Shown one piece after another: positions 32,657 to 38,315 of a stretch of 38,315 nt of DNA. Position 1 is the first letter of the stretch. Each line of letters opens with the position of its first letter. Under the pieces are notes generated by a model. The model had not been told where the DNA came from. It saw only the letters and a program-made list of their open reading frames with translations, and did not search any database. Both the position numbers and the translations under genes were made by a program. This stretch comes from Craspedostauros australis (Eukaryota): NCBI GenBank assembly GCA_030167865.1, contig JALAGF010003427.1, positions 1 to 38,315 on the forward strand. Direction: 5' to 3'.

Positions 32657-34090
32657 AGAGGAGCCTGACATCGCATGAGTCAGTAATCTAAGAATAGGAC
32701 ACGATCAAGAGTTACGAACAACGCCATTTTCCACGACTTCAAGGAGGTGCGCAGACCCACGACTAGTTTGAAGAAGTGGAATGTGTGCACTTGGGATCCA
32801 CTGAAGGCACTGAGATGAGCGGTGACGTTGTGACAAACATACATGCCATTGTGTGTTCACACAAACAAACAGACACTGCACTCAAACAGGCACCTCGGAA
32901 ATGAGCGGAACACAGCAAAGTAAAATTACACATTTCTGCTTCCATGCAAACATACAGACAGATAGGAATCTGCCACAGCCAGTTTCCAACGACAGCCAGC
33001 GAGTGAACTCGATGGAACTCTTGACTGGGCTGATTGTTCGTGTAGAAGGCACGGAGTTGTTGTTCGTTGCAGTGAAATGGCCGAAATGAGAAGAAACTCT
33101 GTCTGTCGGTGATGTTTTTTCCACACAGTTAATCTATCTCCCAACTGCCCTTCGGTCATCACGCCCGAAACTCTCTCGCGAACAACACGTTCTGCTCAAC
33201 GTCAGCACCATCAGAAACTATGGCGCAGTCGCTCGTCAAGTCTTGACGTACCGTATTATTAATCCATCGTTCGCACGGAAGCCACAGATTCCCGACGAAC
33301 CGCGCGTCATCAGAACGCACAAAGTGCCCAAGGCTACGTCGGAACAATTGCCTTCTGTGATCGTTGAATCTGGTGAGTTTGTTGGGAAGGATCGGAGAGT
33401 AATCCGAGCTCACCGGGGCATGGTGATGTGTGTGGATTGACTTTTCATCAACTTCTTCGTCGTGGCGGTGTTATGCGCGACTTGGGCGACTCCTCAGTCC
33501 GCTCTTTCGCAATGTGACCGCCGCAGCCATTGCACCTTCCCGCCAACACAATCACTCCTGGGACTGTGCGTGGCATCTGTTGTTGTTCTTGAAGTGCCCC
33601 TCGCTTTCCTCAGTCGACGCTGTGCTTTTTCTTTGGGCCTAATAGGTGGCTCCACTTATTCCTTCAACGAGACAGCATAGTTCGGCGATTTGCGAAGAAC
33701 CTGACACGTCCACCCTGCGCGCTTGCGTCAACTTCCTTCATCGTTTCGACGCTTTCGCGAAGCCTGCCACCAACGAGGCACTCGCACACGAATGTTCGGT
33801 CCCTGCAACAGTGAACCATCACAGAATCTCCAGGTGCAGTGACTTCACAACCCCTCCAAACAGCTACCCACACAGAAACGGCACGATAAACAACAACTTC
33901 TCGCAGACACACGAGAACGCACGAAGTAGACGCGCACAAATGACATAGCTCCAATCGCACCATTCAACACTCACGAATAGGGACGCGCATACCATCCTCA
34001 TTCGTTCGCAAAGAAAATCATAAATCGACATTACCTCCACACGAGCACATACATAACGTCACTGCTGCCATACTTTTGATGCATAGCAAC

Positions 34091-37000
34091 ATGGAGATTC
34101 AACAACGCCATTCCCGTCTCCAGAGGCTCCCGTCGATCGGGGAGGCCCACCATGGTGAACCAGATGCAGACAAGCATGTAATGCTCAACAGTCTGCCCTC
34201 TGATCTCGTCCATACCGACGCCCCTAATAATCCAACTGTTGATCAACCCAATCTGTCTGGCCCAGCAAGCGCCATCGCTCCATGGAAAGATTCATCACGT
34301 TTCCTCGGCAGAGAGGCGGAGCTCGAGCAGCTCAAAGCTCTGAAGGACAAGATCATCGGTGAACACCAGAGCAATGCCACTCCTCCTGCACCGGAATCAT
34401 CTGCTGATGAGGCCAAGGACAAGACCAAGGCAACAACACCACCAGCACCCAAACCAAAGCCAAGGAAGAGACTCGATGTACATCCAGCAGCACTAGTCTG
34501 GGGTGTCAGCGGTACAGGAAAGTCCGCTCTCGTCGATCACTTCCTCGACACGTGCTGCATCTGCAACACTGGCGTCGACCAGAAGCAGCAGCAGCAGCAG
34601 CAGCAGCAGAACAACGACCAGGCAGCATCCTCATCATCCTCTTGCTCCTGCTGCTACGTCCTTCGTGGAAAGTATGACGAGTACACGGGTCAGAGTGACC
34701 CCTTCTCGGCCATCGTCCAAGCCCTCCAAGACTTCACGACCCAACTCAAGAACGGACCCAAGGAAGAACTCGATCGCATGCGTGAATGCGTGCGGAAGGC
34801 CTTCCCCACTGGTGGACTTCGCCCAATGGTGAAAGTGGTGCCATCTCTCTCCATCCTGATGCCCAAGTCAGCCCGAGGCGATACCTCCGTCATCAGCCAG
34901 TCCGTCAGCCGTCGCGATGACTACAGCATGAGCATGAGTATGCACGGCAGCCAGATGAACGGCGACTTATCCGCGCCTTCGTCGGGTGGAGCAGTCACCG
35001 ACAACGCATGGAACCAGCTCCAGTACATCTTCGTGCAGTTCATCAAGGCAGTCTCGACGAAGGAACGACCCATCTACATGTTCCTAGACGATCTGCAGTG
35101 GTCTGCCAGCATCGGATTGGACCTCATCGCACAAATGGTGGCCGATCCCGGGCTCAGAAACTTCATGCTGCTCGGCGCCATCCGTCAGGACGTCAACCCG
35201 CATACTGATGAACCCATGGACTTTTCCCCCGACCATCCTCTCTCGCGATGCCTCGTCGCGCCGCTGTCGCCAGACGCTGCCATCGATAACGACCAAAATG
35301 CAGCTGCTGGGCCTGACGATGCATCAGTCATGACTGCATCCACGTCAATGTCCAAAGTCGGCAAGCGCCGTCATCCAAGGAATCTGCGCCAGATCACGAT
35401 CACCAACCTCACGCCGGACGACATGACCGCATGGCTCTCGAGCATGCTGGACTGCAACGACATCGAAGATCTGTCCGAGAAGCTCTACGCCAAGACAGAG
35501 GGTAACATCTTCTTCACCATGCAGGCTCTCGAAGAGCTGGAGAGGAAGGACATCCTCACCTTCAACCTCCTTTCCCAGCAATGGGAATGGAGCCTTTCCA
35601 ACCCAGAGGATGACGATAATAGCAACGCCGGTAGCGCCCAGCTGCCCATCAGCGATGACATCCTCGGCATCATCGAGTCCAAGCTGCGAGACCTTCCCAT
35701 GCAGCTGCAACAGGTGTTATCCGTTGCCGCCTACATCCGATCGATGTTCGAGATCTCGGTGCTGCATCGGGTACTCGAGAACGAGTGCAAACACGTGGAC
35801 GGTGAGATCGACGATATGGATCGCATATCGACCGCCCAAGAGCTTTCTGACATGCTGGAGACCGCAGTTCTGGAGCGTCTCATCTCCAATCCCATCGGTG
35901 GTACCAAGTACCACTTCGCGCACGATCGCATCCAGCAGGCGGCACAAGGCATGATCCCAGCCGGTGAGGCTCGCGACAAGCTGCGCGTGCGGATCGGACA
36001 CTGCTTGCTGAAGGTATACCGACGCATGCAGGTTCGTCTTCAGAATGAGCACGAGGAGGACTATGAAGAGCCTCACGGGATCAACCATAGGCACAAGAAG
36101 GCGAGCGGGACGGAAGCCGAAGACAAGAGCAACATGTCGTCTGAATCCACGCATTCGACGACGTCGGCCGAAACGTTCACTTCGACCTTCACCACTTCAG
36201 AAGTCGATGACGGTCTCCTGTTCGTGGCCGCGGACCACTTGAACAGCGTACCAACCAAGGACCATATCTTCTCTGCCACCATGAACATGGAGGTGGGTGA
36301 GAAGGCCCTGGAGATGGCAGCCCTCGAATCTGCTGTCGGGTATCTTCAGAAGGCACATGCTTCGTTGCAGCTTGTGAGAAGCAGCGCACCTGCGACGATC
36401 TCCACCAAGACCAAGGGATCTGCCAGAAGCCAGGCTGCTGCCAGCCCATCCATCTGGGACGGCGATGAGCACTACGGTCTCTGCCTGCGGGTCTACTGCG
36501 CGCGCGCTGACGTCGAGCTTTCGCTGGGAAGCTACGAGGTCGGCTACAAGCTGTGCGACGAAGTGCTGGAGAGAGCCCGCTCGTTGGAGGACAAGATGGC
36601 GACATACCTCTCCATGGCAAGAGCCTTGGCCAGACAGGACCGCCATGCCGAAACCCTGGCTGTGGAGCTGCGTCTGCTCCGATCACTGAAGACCATCCCC
36701 AAGCGATGGTACGCGCTTCACATCATAAAATGCATGATGAAGATCAAGTCTTTTCTGAAGAACAACACCAACGAGGAGATCCTCTCAATGCCACTGATGA
36801 CGGACCCAAAGAAGCTCTTCGCCATGAAGGTCGCCGCCGACTTCGCCATCTGCACCAAGGCCACCGGCAACATGCTTCTGGTGATCCTCAACCTCTGCAA
36901 GATGATGTCCACCACCATCAAGTACGGCATCTGCAAGGAATCGGCCAACGCCTTCATCACCTACGGCCTCGTCATTGCCGGTATGGGGGAACAAGCCACG

Positions 37001-38248
37001 GCAGAACGTTGCACAGAGATCTCACATGATATCCTCGATCTGGTGGACGGGAAAACGACCCAAGGCAATGTCCGATTCATCACGAGCTGGTACATCATCC
37101 CCTTCAGCCGTCCTTTCCCAGATCTGCTGCGGCAGTTCAGGAGAGGCTATCTGGATTCTCTCGAGGTCGGAGAGTTCGATATGGGCCTCCTAAATTATCA
37201 AGGCGCCGTCTTCGCGGGAATGCTCTCCGGGCTGGAGGTGGGACCGCTGCTCAAGGCGGCTGAAGCAGTCCTTGATCAGATGGCGGCATACAAGATTACG
37301 GCATTTGGAGGCATCGCCGTGCATCTCCGGGTCATGTTCGCAAACTTCCGAGAAGAAGAGCCGGTCGACTGGCCTGAGTTGGAGGCCTCGTCCAAGCGCG
37401 ACGTCACGACGGAGACTCTGGACCAATCTGAGCTCATCTCGGCTTCGATGCTCTTCTACACCCGGGCTGTTCTGACCTTGTTCCATCGGCAATACGAACT
37501 TGCGGAACGACTGATCCGAAACTTCGTCCTCCTCAATATTGGCGAGATATCATTTCAGTACATAGTGGGGGAGTGCTTCATCACAGGACTGATTTCCGCT
37601 GCGAGGTTTCGAGAGACAGGAAAACGCAGCTATCTCACGACCCTGCGCAAGCTGACCAAGAAGCTGAGAGACATCGCCAAGGCCAGAGGCCAATTCTGGA
37701 TGCACCACGTGCTCATGATGGAGGCAGAAGAGCTCGCGATCACCCTCAAGAACAAGCAGAGCCCCAGGATCCAGCATGCCTACAACCTTGCGATCATCGC
37801 AGCAACCAAGGCCGGCTGCATCCATGATGCTGCCCTCACCAATGAGATGGCAGGAGAGCACTTTATCGAGCACGGCTCCAAGGAAATGGTTGGCGACTAC
37901 TTCGTGCACGCCGTTGACTACTATGCGGCGTGGGGCGGCAAGAGCAAGGTGACCGATATCAAGCAGCGGCGCAAGAAGTACTTGAAGACTCTCAATGATC
38001 CGAACCGTCAGCGTCCAGAGGGCCTCACAGCCGACGGCAATGGCAACTACCTCTTCGGGATCACCCGGGACACCTTCACTGGAGCGATCACCTCGAGATG
38101 CACCGAGCTTAACGTATTCACCGATCGTAGCAAGGGTGGAGATGGTCACGGCAACGCGCTCGTGCTCGGATCGGAGCTTGGGGATGGTCTGGATGGTTCC
38201 GTGGGCCTCGATGATGATGATCTCTCTGTGCTGACTGACATCGATTAA
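34091..38248 (+). CDS. STAND-class P-loop ATPase with helical-repeat region, copy 2 (tandem paralogue), about 1385 aa, intronless
   Basis: FLGREAELEQL, Walker A GVSGTGKS, DPFSAI, MFLDDLQWS, LLGAIR, KTEGNIFF, YHFAHDRIQQAA, AADHLN and YYAAWGGKSKV. Collinear with copy 1 throughout. An alternative in-frame ATG lies at 34079. Confidence 0.9.
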   Translation: MEIQQRHSRLQRLPSIGEAHHGEPDADKHVMLNSLPSDLVHTDAPNNPTVDQPNLSGPASAIAPWKDSSRFLGREAELEQLKALKDKIIGEHQSNATPPAPESSADEAKDKTKATTPPAPKPKPRKRLDVHPAALVWGVSGTGKSALVDHFLDTCCICNTGVDQKQQQQQQQQNNDQAASSSSSCSCCYVLRGKYDEYTGQSDPFSAIVQALQDFTTQLKNGPKEELDRMRECVRKAFPTGGLRPMVKVVPSLSILMPKSARGDTSVISQSVSRRDDYSMSMSMHGSQMNGDLSAPSSGGAVTDNAWNQLQYIFVQFIKAVSTKERPIYMFLDDLQWSASIGLDLIAQMVADPGLRNFMLLGAIRQDVNPHTDEPMDFSPDHPLSRCLVAPLSPDAAIDNDQNAAAGPDDASVMTASTSMSKVGKRRHPRNLRQITITNLTPDDMTAWLSSMLDCNDIEDLSEKLYAKTEGNIFFTMQALEELERKDILTFNLLSQQWEWSLSNPEDDDNSNAGSAQLPISDDILGIIESKLRDLPMQLQQVLSVAAYIRSMFEISVLHRVLENECKHVDGEIDDMDRISTAQELSDMLETAVLERLISNPIGGTKYHFAHDRIQQAAQGMIPAGEARDKLRVRIGHCLLKVYRRMQVRLQNEHEEDYEEPHGINHRHKKASGTEAEDKSNMSSESTHSTTSAETFTSTFTTSEVDDGLLFVAADHLNSVPTKDHIFSATMNMEVGEKALEMAALESAVGYLQKAHASLQLVRSSAPATISTKTKGSARSQAAASPSIWDGDEHYGLCLRVYCARADVELSLGSYEVGYKLCDEVLERARSLEDKMATYLSMARALARQDRHAETLAVELRLLRSLKTIPKRWYALHIIKCMMKIKSFLKNNTNEEILSMPLMTDPKKLFAMKVAADFAICTKATGNMLLVILNLCKMMSTTIKYGICKESANAFITYGLVIAGMGEQATAERCTEISHDILDLVDGKTTQGNVRFITSWYIIPFSRPFPDLLRQFRRGYLDSLEVGEFDMGLLNYQGAVFAGMLSGLEVGPLLKAAEAVLDQMAAYKITAFGGIAVHLRVMFANFREEEPVDWPELEASSKRDVTTETLDQSELISASMLFYTRAVLTLFHRQYELAERLIRNFVLLNIGEISFQYIVGECFITGLISAARFRETGKRSYLTTLRKLTKKLRDIAKARGQFWMHHVLMMEAEELAITLKNKQSPRIQHAYNLAIIAATKAGCIHDAALTNEMAGEHFIEHGSKEMVGDYFVHAVDYYAAWGGKSKVTDIKQRRKKYLKTLNDPNRQRPEGLTADGNGNYLFGITRDTFTGAITSRCTELNVFTDRSKGGDGHGNALVLGSELGDGLDGSVGLDDDDLSVLTDID

Positions 38249-38315
38249 GGATTGGGATATTATTACATTATGCATTACAAACACAGCATTACATCATGCA
38301 AAGGTATACACCTAG

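Noticed and set aside
1-38315. Transposable elements
   Set aside because: I saw no transposase, reverse transcriptase or integrase motifs, LTRs or terminal inverted repeats. Short non-autonomous elements could be missed by eye.

Overview
Gene-dense eukaryotic nuclear DNA with GT-AG introns, poly-Q tracts and many microsatellites. It is probably a stramenopile such as a diatom; this is inferred from the signal peptide plus 'AAF' motif on the prenyltransferase and the general gene style. From left to right: an ankyrin-repeat gene running off the left edge (absent from the ORF track), ribosomal protein L35, a UbiA/DGGGP-synthase-like prenyltransferase, a large PHD plus Spp1/CFP1-type zinc-finger protein, an RRM protein, an OTU1/YOD1 deubiquitinase, a monoacylglycerol-lipase-type hydrolase, myo-inositol-1-phosphate synthase, a protein with FRG1-like ends, and glycyl-tRNA synthetase. 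The window ends with two tandem, intronless ~1400-aa paralogues encoding STAND-class (AAA_16/COG3899-type) P-loop ATPases with a long helical-repeat region but no recognisable effector domain. Splice models were built by hand from GT/AG sites and frame continuity. The most unusual items are the effector-less STAND pair with its Cys/poly-Q insert and conserved tail, the FRG1-like protein with a different core, and 5-bp-period repeats just upstream of 7 of the 11 genes. All family assignments come from motif recognition, not database searches.
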